Notes under the pieces: generated by a model
What the model was told of the DNA's origin: nothing
Databases searched by the model: none
What the model saw: the letters and a program-made list of their open reading frames with translations, nothing else
In this document: positions 26,150-39,924 of the stretch, piece by piece
Layout: each line of letters opens with the position of its first letter
Numbering within the stretch: position 1 is the stretch's first letter
NCBI RefSeq assembly: GCF_004010195.1
Contig: NC_057749.1
Location: 8,001,901 to 8,065,900 of the forward strand
From: Chiloscyllium plagiosum
Lineage: Eukaryota
Length of the DNA: 64,000 bases
Direction of reading: 5' to 3'
Translations under genes and position numbers: made by a program

Positions 26150-26470
26150 ACAAGTTCCAGGCAATGACCATCTCAGATAAGGGAGAATCCAACCATCGCC
26201 CCTTTATATTCAAAGACATTACCATCGCTACATCCTCCATCAGCGATACCTTGAAGGGGCTTACCATTGTTTACAAACTGAACTGGATTAGCCGTATAAA
26301 TACAGTGGATAGATCAGAGCCTTGGAATTTTGCAGTGAGTAACTCACCTCTCGGCTCCTCAAAGCCCGTCCACCATCTACAAGACACAAGTCAGGAGTGT
26401 GACAGAATCACTTCCACTTGCCCAGATGAGCAAGGCTCCAACAACACTCTTAGAAGCTTGAGACCAGCCA
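26150..26470 (+). mobile_element. L2-type LINE RT C-terminal fragment
   Basis: HKFQAMTISDKGESNHRPFIFKDITI...KLNWISRINTV. Confidence 0.7.
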
Positions 26471-28397
26471 ATGGAAAACATTCCTTTAGAATGATACCTA
26501 TCAGAGACCTTCACATTCATTTGAAGAATTTGTTCCTGAAGAAGAGTTTTGCAAGACTCTTCAATTTGAAGGATAGCTCCATCAACATAATTATTCGCCC
26601 AAGTTTCTTTTATGTAGAAACGTTGTGAAAATTGGCAATTTTCACACAGAGATCTGAAGCATTTGATAATGGATCCTTGTGCTCTGTTAACTGCTTTTCT
26701 CTCTCACACCAGAGGCTGCCAGACTTGCTGAGTTTCTCCATCACTCTCTGAGTATGTTTCAGTTTCCCAGCGTCATGGTATTTTGCTTTTACATCTTTGA
26801 CCAACCTGTTCAGAGATGTTATGCAACACCTCTGCAGCAGATGGCACCTGAACCTGGAGCTCCTGCCTTCGAGGCAGGGATGCAACCACAGTCCCACAAG
26901 ACTCTAGAAAGTAGAAAGTAAGTTGTGGAAAATAGGGCTGATCTTCCTTTTCATCCCTCTGAAGATAGGTGCATATGGTATATTAAGGAAAGATAAAATC
27001 TCATTCCACTTATTGACTGATTATGAGGGATAGAGTTGGGTCTTGCTACAGAATACCAAAGAACAGGTTTGGTCTCTCAAGATGTGGGAATGAAGGATAT
27101 CCTGCATTGTACTTTAATCCCTTTGAGGGAGTCAGTGTAGTTGGAACTTTCCCTAAGGAGGTGAAATACTTTGAGAGGAGCCCTCAACAAAATAGCTCCC
27201 ACCTATGGTATGTAGCAACTGTGAGTTTAAAACAACTCATAGCATTCTCTTACTTTGCTTTTTAATAATCCCACAAAAAGAGGAAATGTTAGAAACAGCT
27301 AGCCCAGGACATTGTACCGTATTTGTGAAAAACATCACAACTTGAGGGAACAAACATTTAAAGTCTTACATTTATGTAGTGCCTTTCACCAGTTTAGGAT
27401 GCCCCAGAGTGCTTTGCAAACATTGACAATACTTCCGATCCTCCAAAGAAAGTTCCAGAACCAAATTCTGAAGCGAGAATCTAGGTCAGGCCACAAAGGA
27501 GCTGTTGTCAGACGTTTTGGCTCTCTGTGTGAAAATTACCAACATTCACAACACCGCTACATGCAAGAAAATTGGGCACATAATTATTTTGATGGAGCTG
27601 TCCTTCAAATTGAAGGATAGTGATGCTGTTTATGCCATGCATTAATGTAATCAAATGCAGTAGGAATACTCAGAGGAAGGTCTTCAAATAAATGTCTATT
27701 TTATTCCTTCTTAAAGAACTGTATTGGTAGGAGTTTGTCAGCAATCCCCCCAAGGCAATTAGTGATCATTCTTTGCAGCAGGAAGCTCAGTAGAAATAGC
27801 GATGTAAACAGTATAAATTAACGCACAAGGTTCTGTACAATTCTAACTCGAGGCCTTAATTCCTCTCTCCTCTTCGTCCATGCCAATTGATGTTCCAGTA
27901 GCTGCTACCACCCAGAGTAATTGAGGCAAGTAGCTTGGGTGAAGCTCAGAGGAGGCTAGATATACACATGAAGGAGAAAGGAATAAAAATACATGTTAGT
28001 AGAGTCAGTGTTGAGGGATTAATATCCTGAAGACCTGGACCGATGATCCAGAAACAGATGGGTTCAAATCCCATCATCGCAGTTGCAAAATATAAATTCA
28101 ATTCGCCATTCAAATTCAGAGAATGTGAAAAGTATTAGTATAAATAATGGCAGAATCTTATTGGACTAACGAGGATCTCAGCTATGACTTGGAGAGCCAG
28201 CAAGGCACGTATGCTGTTAATTTTCAAGTGGTCCCACCAAACCACAAGACAATCAGGCAATGACAAGGCCACTGGCTGGTCTTTCTTTGGAATCTAGGCC
28301 CCAGAGGCAGAGGGTTCACCAACAGAGAAGATCATAAGTTCAAGTCCCACTCAAAACCAAGCCAGTTTAGTACAGTTCACATCAGTAGTGACCAAGT

Positions 28398-29080
28398 TGT
28401 TGGATTTCTGAAGGGTAAAACCTAATTAAAGGACTGCGACTCTGCTGTCACTTTCAGAGGTTATTTTTGTCCTGGATTTTTTTGAAGACAGGTTGTTGAG
28501 GCAGAGGTGTCAAGCTGTCTCTAAGAAAGTAAACCATTTTTGAGCCTTTTTTTAAAAGTTGCAACAATAAAAGCAGCCTGAGTGTGGCCAGCTCTCACCA
28601 ACCAGGCTTTCTAGTTTTTTTTTAGTTTTTAGGTTTAGTTTTAAGCAGAAGCCTTTGGAATCTGGAAAGAATTGGAAGCGTCAGTAAATGTCTCCATGCT
28701 ACTATACGCGCTGAATTTTCTCTTGATATTTCTTCCCTCCTGGATGGGAGAACTGCATGTGAGAATCCATGTCTGAATTTGCCTTTTTACCAAGGGATAT
28801 GTTTATGGGATGTGACTGTATTTACAACAGTTAATTACTAATAGGTACTGTATTCATTATTCGGTTATGTTTTCCAATAAAGTTAAATCATTCTAGGCAC
28901 CTCTTTCTTTTGTTTGTCTTTTAACAACAGTGGTTAAATAAATTGTGATTTGCTTAATGTTGAGTAGTTTGACTAGTCACATCATATCTGGAACACAGCA
29001 TTTCCCTTTAAAATAAGAAAATATTAGAGTCCACCCTACCTTCTTAAAATATTCTGAGGGTTGTGACCTGGTTCATAACA
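28398..29080 (+). mobile_element. Candidate solo LTR
   Basis: T-rich body, AATAAA near 28876, ends ...ttcataACA; 5' boundary and TSD not resolved. Confidence 0.35.
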
Positions 29081-29671
29081 GGATGAATTTGAGGTGTTCA
29101 GTGCCCACCACGATAAGCACACCATTAACAAGGCAAGTGGATGTGAGGAACAAACTGCCAACCAGTGGTGGTAACTTTTAAAGGTATTGCAGAATGAGGA
29201 ATGCTGTCCTGACAGAAGCACTACCTTTCAAATGCAGCTTTAAACATTTAACACCCTCTCAGGTGGCAAGTCAGCAATTGTTGTACTATTTTAAGATTCT
29301 TCAAGATGCCATTTTGAGACTCTGAGACAACACCAGAGAGTTATCAAGCAATGACAGCACAGTGTAAAGGACTTTCAGAAATCAACAGCAGTTCTATTGA
29401 AAGAGTTGAGGAAATCTGCAAGTTGTGCAACCACAGAGCTAGTAAGGAAATAGGATCAATTTTTCTCTATTTCACTCTCCCAAATCCTGCAGTACCACTG
29501 AGTCTACCTGTACAAGCAACCTCCTACTATTCAATTACAGAAGCCATTCATGAATTCTGACCTCAGGTTTTCAACACCTTCACTTCAGAAAGAGAAGCAT
29601 TCAAAGCAAGTAACAAGCCTACAACAATAACAGACTGATCATCTATGCATCTTTGTAAGTAGCTTTCAAGG

Positions 29672-29970
29672 TTAGATTAGATTCCCTACAGTGTGGAAAC
29701 AGGCCCTTCAGCCCAACCAGTCCACACCAACCCTCTGAAAAGTAACCCACCCAGACCCAATTCACTCTGACTAATGCACCTAACCCTCTGGGCAATTTAG
29801 CACAGCCAATCCACCTGACCTGCACATCTTTGGATTGTGGGAGAAAACCGACGCACCCAGAGAAAACCCACACAGACACAGGGAGAACGTGCAAACTCCG
29901 CACAGACAGTCATCCGACGCTGGAATCGAACCTGGGACCTGTGAGCAGCAGTGCTAACCACTGAGCCACC
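29672..29970 (-). mobile_element. HE1-type V-SINE
   Basis: (ctaat)n tail with full core. Confidence 0.9.
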
Positions 29971-32419
29971 TTAATGTTTGTGTATGCTTAACTTAATAAC
30001 TGTTTGCAATAATTATATGATAATCTAACCTTTGATATGTTCTAAAACTAATGCTTATTATTTTTAAAGTGGAACATTCAAAAATTGAAGAGGGGTTGCA
30101 ATGAGCTGTTTACATTTGCCTTCCATGGACCACTCTGCAGACAGGGCTAATACAACTGTGGTACACATCAACTTAAAATATTAATTATTCTTGTCACTCT
30201 GCAAAGGCTGCTTGATTTGACCACCGTTTCCAATGTTTTCTGTCTTACGTCCTTCCAAACTACTTATTGATCCCACATTACGAATAGGTCCCCTATCTCT
30301 TTTGAAAGTAATCAGTCAGGTACTCTGGTTTCTCTTCAGATCGTATAAATCTTTTACATTTCCCTAAAGATTTCCATGGAGAGCATGAATTGGACTTTTA
30401 AAGAATGTTTCTTTTCTGTTCCTACTCCCAATACTTTCAAAAGCTACCCCAGACCCTTAATTGATTGTATTGTCTTTTCTGCAGATCCACTGTCCCATTA
30501 GCCTTGTAAATGGTGTGCTTATGTCCACGGTCATGCAGTCAATAATCTTGGCTGTTCTGAATTCCTCCAATTCATCCTTTAACTAGATTTTACTCGCCAG
30601 AAATCCCAACAACCTGGTTAATATTGATCTCCACAAACTAAATTAGATTAACAGCATGGCACCAAATGTTCAATCAACATAAAGCATTTGTTCGAAAACA
30701 TTTTTAATGAGAGGGAGTATCTCATTAGAATTACCGTGCTTTGTATCTGATGGGCTAATCCCCTATCATGTGGTGAGAATATATTTCTAATGGGCCTATT
30801 TCAATACATAGATCTTCCTTGGTTTTGTGATATGAATGAGTGCATAGCTTTTCATGACATCTGTAAAGACCAGCAGGTTTGCACTGTTTCATTGCATTGT
30901 TAACAGTCATTAAAGTTGTTCATGCCACTTTCCAGACCACAGCCAAGAACCTTACTTCTAGCATCTGAGTCATAAATATGTGGTTTTGGACAGAAATATT
31001 CTTACATTTTGGCAAAAGAATTCAGAAAACTTTTACACAACCCAGTTCAGAGGAGCAAGTATTTTCTTCACATGGTTGGCTCTTTGTGCAAATCTGGTGT
31101 TGACAGAGAATCACACAGTGAAGGAAGAGATTAATCTGTTTTGAGCATTAATCCCACTCCTCTGCTCCTTTACAAATCCTGCTTTGTTTTATTTTCCGCC
31201 TTGACACAAGAGTCTGTTTAATACAAACTTGAAAATTCTGATTGAATCTGTTTTCAGGCATTACATTTCTGATTGTAACAATGTGCTATGTTTATAAGCA
31301 GATATTCCCCATACCTTCCCTCCTGACTCTGTGGTTACTGACTGCCCACGAAAACAGTTTTTTTCCCTATCCATTCTATCAAAACTGCTCATAACTTTGA
31401 GTACCACATCAAGCTAGTTATACCCCTTTGGTGAAAACAATGTTGGCATCAACGTGTTGACTTCAGACCTCCAAAGCAACAATTGCCAGCAAAAGAATGC
31501 AGATCGAAAGTTATCTATCTCAGGTTATAGCCCAGTAGTATTGTTTGTCTGAGGCAGTCGAAGCATCTGTTGCATTTGCAGCAGCCTCCAGGCATCTATC
31601 CCTTGGCCCTGTGGTCTGCATTTGCAATTCTTGAAACATTCATTTTTCAAGGCTGAACCACCAGCTGCCAGTGAAACTTACTATGCCTGAGCTTGGTCCC
31701 TGGTGCTGCCGTTCTATTTGGCTGTGGGTCAAGCTTTGAGTGTCTAACATCTGCCCAAGAAGCCTGAAGCATTGGCCAGGAGTCAAGCTTGAAGCAATCA
31801 TCCTGCTATTCTTTGCACGCCCCATCCCTCGTCTCTGAACGATTGCAAACATTAATACCAGCCTTGGGTCGGTGGGGGAACAGGGAGGCATGTGGTGTTA
31901 CAAAGGATGAACCCATAATTTGGGAAGTTGTGCAAAACTTTAGAAATCCACTTAATTTGTCCTGTGTTAATCAGAGAGGCAGAGTTTAGTAAGGGACCGT
32001 ATTGTAGATTAGAGGCTTCATCGCATCCTGCAAGGATAAATACACATCCTGATGCCTTCATTTGCTGAGCAATTGATCAGAGCTCTGGCTCGCACTAGCC
32101 TATTGACTTCCAATATCAATGCAGTACATTCTATCACAAGAGTTTTACTTCTTTTCAATGCGGTGCGTGTTTTTCTGAAATATTTTCTCAAAAACATTTC
32201 GCCCTCCCTCACCCTCCCATTCCTCTCTTTCTGAGATTGTGCCTCTTCAATAGCAGCACTGAGCTGTGTTGTCAATTTTCAAGTGGCAGGCTTTTCGGCT
32301 GTCACTCTGTAACTCGATTGTTGGAAGATTACAGGCGATTATACTCGGCCAATGCTCGCATGTGCTTTTATCCCTGCAGAAATCATAGGATTTGATTCCA
32401 AGGGGAGGCACTGATGTCA

Positions 32420-33075
32420 AGCTCATGGCGCTGGACTCATAACCCAGCAACCCCAGTCTGATGTTCTCAGGACAAAGATTCAAATCCCCACACCATGGTG
32501 AAATTTGATTTCAATACAATCTGGAACACAGAAACATAGACAATAGAAGCAGGAGTAGGCCAGTCGGCCCTTCGAGCCTGCACCACATTCAATGTGATCA
32601 TGGCTGATCATGCAATCGCATCCCACTCCTGTTTTCTCCCCATACCCCTTGATCCCTTTAGCCACCTCCAGCTCCCTTTTGAACTGACCCCAACAGCTTT
32701 CCTGTGGAAAAGAAATCCACAGATTTACAACCGTGTGAGCAAATAAATTCTTCCTCATCTCAGTCCTGCATGGCTTACCCCTTATTCTTCGACTGCGACT
32801 CCTAATTCTGGACTTCCCCAATTTCAGGAACATTCTTCCCACGTTTCTATGAGATCCACTCTCATTCTTCTGGAACAATGGTGACCATGTCCATTGTTAT
32901 AAAAAATACCCATCTGGTTCACAAATGTCCTTCAGCGAAGGAAATCAGCCACCTTTACCAGATCCTTTGTGTGACTCCTAAACCCATAGCAATGCTGTTG
33001 ACTCTGAACTGCCCTTTGGGAAATGAAAGATGGGTAATAAATGCTGGCCGTGCCCACAGTGAACAACTTTTTAAA
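32420..33075 (+). mobile_element. tRNA/L2-tail SINE split by a minus-strand CR1 fragment (32525-32872)
   Basis: gattcaaatcccc head; resumes aatggtgaccatg after the CR1 (RIRGKPCRTEMRKNLF..VVNLW). Confidence 0.7.
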
Positions 33076-33154
33076 AAATCAAGGACAGGAATCCTGATTG
33101 TTCCTCTCCTTCATTCAAACTGTAATGATTTAACTGAGTTCCAGGCTGATATCA

Positions 33155-33682
33155 GTTGGTGAGGCCTCTTCTGGAAGACGGTGTGCAGTTCTGGTCGCCC
33201 TGTTACAGGAAGGATATTATTAAGTTGGAGAAGGTTCAGAAGGGATTTACCAGTGTGTTGCAGGTGTGGAAGGTTTGTGTCATAAAGGAAAGCTGGATAG
33301 GCTGGGACTTCTTTCACTGGAGTGTGGGAGGTTGAGAAGTGGCTTTACAGAGGTTTATAAAATCATGAGGGGTATAGATAGGGTTAATAGTAGCTAGCAT
33401 GGAGCATTTCAAGATTAGGGTGCAAATTTTTATGGTGAGAGGAGAAAAATTTTAAAAAGACCATGTGCCAAATTTTTTACAGAGGGTGGTTCACATATGG
33501 AATGAACTTCCTGAGGACGTGATGGATGTGGGTACAGTTACAACGTTTAAAAGACAATTAGATAAGTACATTAATCAGAAAGGAGGGACAGAGGCCAGGA
33601 GCAGGCAGCTGGGACTAGTTTTGTTTGGGATTATGAACTGGTTGGACCGAAAGGTCTGTTTCTGTGCAGTTTGACTCTAAGT
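33155..33682 (+). mobile_element. HER1/CR1 LINE 3' fragment
   Basis: VQFWSPCYRKDIIKLEKVQ; QRVVHIWNELPEDV. Confidence 0.88.
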
Positions 33683-35259
33683 CTCATCTGCAACCTTCTT
33701 GTCAGTAATACATGACATCGGTGTGATACTCTGCTACACAATATATTCACCCACTGAGGCCCTGGAACTAATAACAATAGATATCAAACCATTTTCTCAT
33801 GACAATGTCAATTAAAAATCAAAAGTCCTGGCAAGAGTAATAAATGAATTGCTCTTTTGGAGAGCCAGTGCAAACACAATGGGCCCAATGGCCTCCTTCT
33901 GCACGGTAATAGTTTTGTGAACATGCTCACTAATCTCCACTGCATCCTGACCAGTCAATATGACAAGGTCTCAAGAATGAAGTCAAAACGCGAGGGTGGG
34001 TTGCGGCTGATGTAAATTTTCTGATTGCATTCAAATGTGCCACTAATCAAAACTGCAGTCAACTCAATCCTGAGGCTTTAGCAAATGAACAGAAGATCAC
34101 AACGAGAGCCTTGTGTGTGTCTGTGCGCTTGTCTGTCGTGGATGCAGCTGAGTCCTGAAAGTATTCCTGCTTGATCTGTATCCTGCAACTGTGGTGGCTT
34201 AAATACTGACGAAACACAGGATCAGTGATAAGAGAAACACATTAGCTGCAGGGATATCGGGTGGGCGAGACTTAGCACTCTCTCATCCAATTCTGGCTTA
34301 GGGTTCAATGCATTTGCAATGTTTTAGATTGGGATAAGCCAGGCATCTAAATCCTTGCTGGTCTGCTCAACCTCAGAGCTGTGTGATGTGTTTTGTCAGT
34401 TGTCGGCCAAACTGCTCGAGGGGACGACTCATGGAAGTGAAGCATAGACCTATAGAGGATTGTAACATCAGGAACAAACAGTTAGAGCCAAGAACATTAG
34501 ATTCTTGCATCTTTTATGTGTAAAGAGTTCCTCCTTTGCTCGTCCATACTTGAGGATTGTTTCTGAACGTCTATTTTGTCTGAATTCAGTAATGCTGTGG
34601 CTTGTGAGAGACTAAACATAGAGAAGAAGAGACAAAATGTTAACTCCTTTAATTGCATAAGTCTACCAATTTCCTTCAATGGAGGAACAGAACAGTTCTG
34701 GATTCTATCCCGTATCTTTTGAAAGGAAGAATAAGACTGAGAATAGGTTTCAAGTCAGGTGTATTATTTGCAAACTCAGAGCACACTGTAGCCACTGGAG
34801 TTCTGTCGCTGTGGTAATGTTACAGTGGCCAGTTTTTGCACAGGAAGATCCACAACACTACTAATCATTATTGTGTTAGGTCTCACAGTTAGTATGCACG
34901 ATATCTTTCAGAGACATGGTGGTGATATCATCACTGTATGTGACTGGAGAGTTTCACACTCCATTCTAACTGGGGCCACTTGAAGCATGACATGCTGCTG
35001 GAAGCTTGCCAGTCTTTGGAACTGATAAGCCTAATGTTTGGTGACATTAACTGAAACTGACTGGGATATTTGTAAATGTGACTATGGTTTTTGGATACAT
35101 CAGAAGCTGTAATCAACACCTGTTGAATCTTTCCAGACCACATTACTCACATCTAGTTCTTACATTGCAGGAATAAGTTAGATCAGGCACAAACACCCTG
35201 CTTGAGCGATGGTGGCAGGTCAATTATCCGTTTGAATGTTTGAAGAATTAGTACTGGCC

Positions 35260-35676
35260 GTTTTCCCTGGAGCATCCAAAAGTGAGGGTGAACTTATAGA
35301 AATTTATCAAATTGTGAGGGGCATGGATAGAGTGACTAGTCAAAGTCTTTTTCCCAGGGTAGGGGAGTCAAATACTAGACATCACAGGTTTAAGGTGAGA
35401 GGAGAAATGATATAAAAGAGACCTAAGGGGCAACCTTTTCATTCAGAGGGTTGTGTGTTTATATGGGATGAGTTGCCAGAGGAAGTGGTGGACGCTGGTA
35501 CACTTACAATATTTAAAAGGCATGTGGATAAGTATGTCGATAGGAAGGGTTTAGAGGAATATGGGTCAGGTGCTGACAAATGGGACTAGATTAATTTAGG
35601 ATATCTAGTCAGCATGGATGAGTTGGACCAAAGGGTCTGTTTCTGTCCTGTATAACTTTATGAATCTATGACTCTA
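35260..35676 (+). mobile_element. HER1/CR1 LINE 3' fragment
   Basis: tttaaggtgagaggagaa...agttgccagaggaagtggt...tctatgactctat tail. Confidence 0.85.
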
Positions 35677-36914
35677 TATTCGGACTGTAGCTCTTTGTCA
35701 GGGCTTGAAAGCTGTTGTGACCCCTCAGTCAGAACAATGCAAGTTGAGTAGGCAAGTGTGAGAATTGGGAGTTGATAGGAGCCGTGCATGACTGGTATAA
35801 CTCAGTCAGAACTCTCCAGAAAATAAGCTGCCTCAAAGCTCGATCCCCACGTTTTGGGAAGTCCTGTGTTAATAAAGACCCCAAATAGCAGACTGTTACC
35901 ATTCAATTTTGTGTTACTACCTTGAAGCATGGATCTACTGTTGCAGACATTGTCAATGTGGAGTCAGGTACATCCAACAGGTGATGCAGTGCAATAAGCC
36001 TGCATTGGAATTCAGATTGGAAGGGACTTGAACCAAACTGGGAGAGGCTGAGCTTGTAGAGCACTGTGCACTGATATTCGATCTGCTGCATCATGTGTCA
36101 CAAGAACAGGATTGCAATCTGCTCTGAATGTTTCAGCTGGACTGCAATCTGCTCCGGGGACTGGTTTGTCTGACAGGGCTTGCTTGCAGTTTCTCATGTG
36201 TTTTCTTTTTATTCTTCACAAAGTCTCGAGTGTTTATCTTGCTGAGTAGATTGCCACCCTGAGGTTTATCAAAGCTGCAGGACAATTGGATTTGGAACCA
36301 TCTCAGGCAGCACAGGTCCTCCGTATTCAAGCAGCTTACCTGCAGGGCTGTGCTAATTCAAACCAACATGCCATTTACAACAGAGGTTATTCTGTCCTCC
36401 AGCAAGACAGCAGAAGGCCACTGTGTTTCCATCATTCAATTGTGGCCATCAATTGGATCCGTTCTCCATCTCTCAGTACAGATTAGGTTCCCTGGCCAGA
36501 AGGCAATGATGAAACAAAATTTACCCCTTGCAAATTGTGAAGCTGTTCAAGGATTTTATAAATTGGGAGTCCCAAATTAAGAGAATAAATAAGGTATTGA
36601 CTAGAGAGTATACCATAATATTCAAATACTTAATTTTCAAATGTCACATTAGAGCCAGGCCTCAGTTCAGTAAGTCACCTCATGCTTCACATTGCATTTC
36701 ACTATGTTGTCTGCAGTCATTACTCTTTCCTGGCTCCAGGAGGTAAAATTAGACAAGGGCAACAGATATAGGCACCAGAAATAAAGCTTCTGATCATAGG
36801 CCTCAAACCCTTATAAGAAGATGTTGACAGATAACACATCACAATGCATGATGATACTCTGTTGTTGAACGTCATACCTTAATAAGTATGAAACTCAATA
36901 TTCCAGAGATTTGA

Positions 36915-37135
36915 TATCAGAGACTTGAGCAGAAAATCCAGGTTGGGACTCCATTGCAGAACCGAGGGAAATGCTGCATTGTTGAAGGTGCCAATATTGG
37001 GATAAGCTGTTCAACTCAGGTGGATTTAAAAGATCGCACTATTTTGAAAAAGAGCAGGAGGTTAATTTCTGATGTCCTGGCCAATATTTATTGCTCAACC
37101 AACACTACTAAATCTGGTCTGGTCATTCATCATTG
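36915..37135 (+). mobile_element. Deu-domain SINE fragment
   Basis: gagacttgagca...cactattttgaaaaagagcagg...gtcctggccaatattta. Confidence 0.6.
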
Positions 37136-37194
37136 TCAAACTCCCCCCAGCTACACCTCTCACAGGCCATTCACCCAAGGGAGTCAAGTCAAGT

Positions 37195-37390
37195 GGCCAT
37201 AGCCTGACCAGATCATAGCGCTGCTCTCTCATTGGAGAGAGATGACTGGTGGTGATTTAACCTGAGGGCCACCATGCCTCAGGCGAAAGGAGAGAGGTTG
37301 AAAAGGAGAGTCCTTCATGGTAGCTTCTGTGAGTGATGGGAATTGAACCTACACTGTTGGCATCACGCTGCTTAGCAAACCAATTGTCAG
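37195..37390 (-). mobile_element. tRNA-derived SINE, third family (other copies 43690-43885 -, 48850-49075 +, 59880-59965 +)
   Basis: Shared core ggtggtgatttaacctgagg...accatgcctcagg...ccttcatggt and a tRNA-like head. Confidence 0.65.
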
Positions 37391-38123
37391 GGCCTGCTGG
37401 AACACTAGGTCTAGTTATGTCGGAGGAGTTCTAGGAATTAGCCAATTATCAAGGCAAAGGATCGGTGTCCAGATTCATGCTTTAACTTCTGGCTTGGGCC
37501 TATTTAACAAAACCACAGCTGGTCTTGGTGACTAAGGACTGAGAAGGATGGAGAAAATATAGAAAAGTCAAAGGAGGATAGTAGGCGGGGGGAGGATATG
37601 CGTGCTGGGGGTGAAGTGGATAGACAGTGAAACTGCAAAACGATTGAATAAGAATCCATAACAAATTGCAAAATGTATTGGATTTGTGTGCTTCTAAGTC
37701 CGCAGGTAAAGAATATAAACACTCAACCATGACATATGTTCTCTCTTGTAAGTGCTTTGGTAGAGCTTACTAGAGTCTAATTCTTTTGGCAATGGTGTCT
37801 GATAAGATTAGATTTTAATAACATTTTGTTATCATGCTATTACTTTGCATCCATTTAAGCGGCATATTCAATTTGCCATGCAAAAATTACACAATGACCC
37901 TGTTAATATATATTTAACATTGATACATAAACTGAGATATAATCTTAATTGGAAATTCAGACTGCACAGTAAATGTATTAAAAGATGATGTCCTGATTGT
38001 GTTATTTTACAGTGTAATGCTCGATTATATGAATTTACACTTGCATTTGGACAGAAATCTCATAGAATTGCTTCAAAGATTGTTTTGTGGCTTATTAATT
38101 TAATCCCTGCTTTTTTTTTTCAG

Positions 38124-38331
38124 ATGCACATGGAGTGAGATGCTTTCTTTTCAAGAAAACACAAATGTCAGATAACTCTTAGCTTGAAGCAGGATAGAAG
38201 CGGTCTTGTCTCTAAGACAGAGTATTTTGCTTTCATGTCCCTCTCCACTGTGGGTTGACTCCCCAGCATGGATCGCCCAAATTATTGGAGGGATGAGATG
38301 TGACCTCAATCAGAATAACATGTCTGTTCAG
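38124..38331 (+). other. Candidate spliced exon (208 nt, mostly 5'UTR; possible start ATG at 38320 encoding M-S-V-Q)
   Basis: Acceptor ctgc(t)10cag with upstream ttaat; donor CAG|gtaagc; stops in all three frames before 38320; non-repetitive context. Confidence 0.55.
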
Positions 38332-38659
38332 GTAAGCACCAAATATTCTTAATTGTATTATGCAACCTACTCTCAATAGATTGAGCATATTCATTGATCA
38401 ACTATCTTGAGCACATATGAAAAGAAAATGCTGGCATTTGGGGGGTCTTGGGAGATGTTTGAGATTAATTATGCTGAATTCTGCAAATAAGCCTCTGATC
38501 AAGAAAAGAATCACTGTCTAGTCTCATATTTCACCAAATTCCTTTTATCTGACTAACAGATATCCCACATCACCATTTCAACCGAACCATCCACCCACTC
38601 TCAACCAAGGCACACATCAGGAGTGCAATGGAATACTTCTCACTTGCCTATGTGAGAAC

Positions 38660-38790
38660 ATTAGGAGAAAGTGAGGACTGCAGATGCTGGAGATCAGAGC
38701 TGAAAATGTGTTGCTGGAAAAGCGCAGCAGGTCAGGCAGCATCCAAGGAGCAGGAGAATCGATGTTTCGGGCATGAGCCCTTCTTCAGGA
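38660..38790 (-). mobile_element. PLE family A end with near-intact hammerhead (38761-38788)
   Basis: Minus strand CUGAAGA-a-GGGC-ucau-GCCC-GAAAC-AUC. Confidence 0.8.
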
Positions 38791-38829
38791 ACATTTCCAG
38801 CAGCCCTCAAGGAGCTCAATATCATTGCG

Positions 38830-39335
38830 GTCGCCACATTACAACAAGGATGTGGTAGAGGTTTTGCAGAAGAGGTTTACCAGGGTACTTTCTGGATTAG
38901 AGTGCACAAACTACAAGGAGAAGGAGAAGCTGGACAAACTAGGGTTGATTTCTCTGGAGCAGCAGAGACTGAGGGGAGGCCTGATAGAAGTTTATAAAAT
39001 TAGGAGAGGCACAGATAGGGTTAATGGTCAGAATTTTTATCCCAGAATTGAAAAGTCTAATTCTAGAGGGCAAGCATTTAAGGTAAGAAGGGGAAAGTTC
39101 ACAGGAGAGGTGAGGGGCAAGTTTTATGACAGAGGTGGCTGGAATGCACTGCCAGGCCGGGTGATGGAGGCAGATACAATAGGGGTTTTTAGGTCAGCAG
39201 ATGAGTATGCAAGAAATGGAGGGATGTGGGCCATAGGCAGTCAGAAGGGTTAGTTTAATTTAGTATCAGGTTTAGCACAAGACTGTGGGCCAAAGGGCCT
39301 GTTCTTGTGTTGTACTGTTGTATATTCTATGTTCT
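38830..39335 (+). mobile_element. CR1-type LINE 3' fragment
   Basis: ORF 38825..39253 QKRFTRVLSGLE...LGLISLEQQRLRGGLIEVYKI...WNALP. Confidence 0.88.
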
Positions 39336-39924
39336 ATTCCTAGATTTTTAAAATTCTCCCTTAGCTTCCACTTTTCCTGTCACCTAGGTTCCTTGGCTAG
39401 TTACTTGCTCTTTGATTCTTCAGTTTGTTTCTGTCTGTTACAAGAGGCAGTGAGAACCTGCAAGGGTTAACTGTTATCAATGAGTTCCACCCATCAGGAG
39501 ATAAAGTACTATTTCCAGGAGCAGATGAGAGATTTTCTCTGTATGTTCTCCTACCAGTGCTTCAGTAATTACTCTTAGTCATAATCACACGCAACCAAGA
39601 TAGCATTGTGAGCTCACTCTTGGGTTGAGCCTGATGTCTCTCAAGAGAGTGTCATGTATCTCAGATGTAATGTTAATTATCTCTTAATTAATAAGTAATA
39701 AGCCTACTTAATGTTCAACAAGATTGAGCCTGTCTTCTGCTGATTATTTTGTATGTGCATCTTTCCCCAAATAGAGTCATCGAGTCATTCAGCATGGAAA
39801 CAGAGCCTTCGGTCCAAATCACCCACACTGATCATATTTCCAAATTAAACTCGTCCCACCTGCCTGCATTTGGCCCATATCCCTCCAAACTTTTCCTATT
39901 CATGTATTTGTCTGAAATAGATTG

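Noticed and set aside
26098..26628. 176-aa ORF
   Set aside because: Chance fusion of an L2-type LINE fragment with flanking DNA
29300..29600. Possible hAT dimerisation-domain relic (TAQCKGLSEIN)
   Set aside because: Resemblance is weak and neighbouring motifs are in the wrong order
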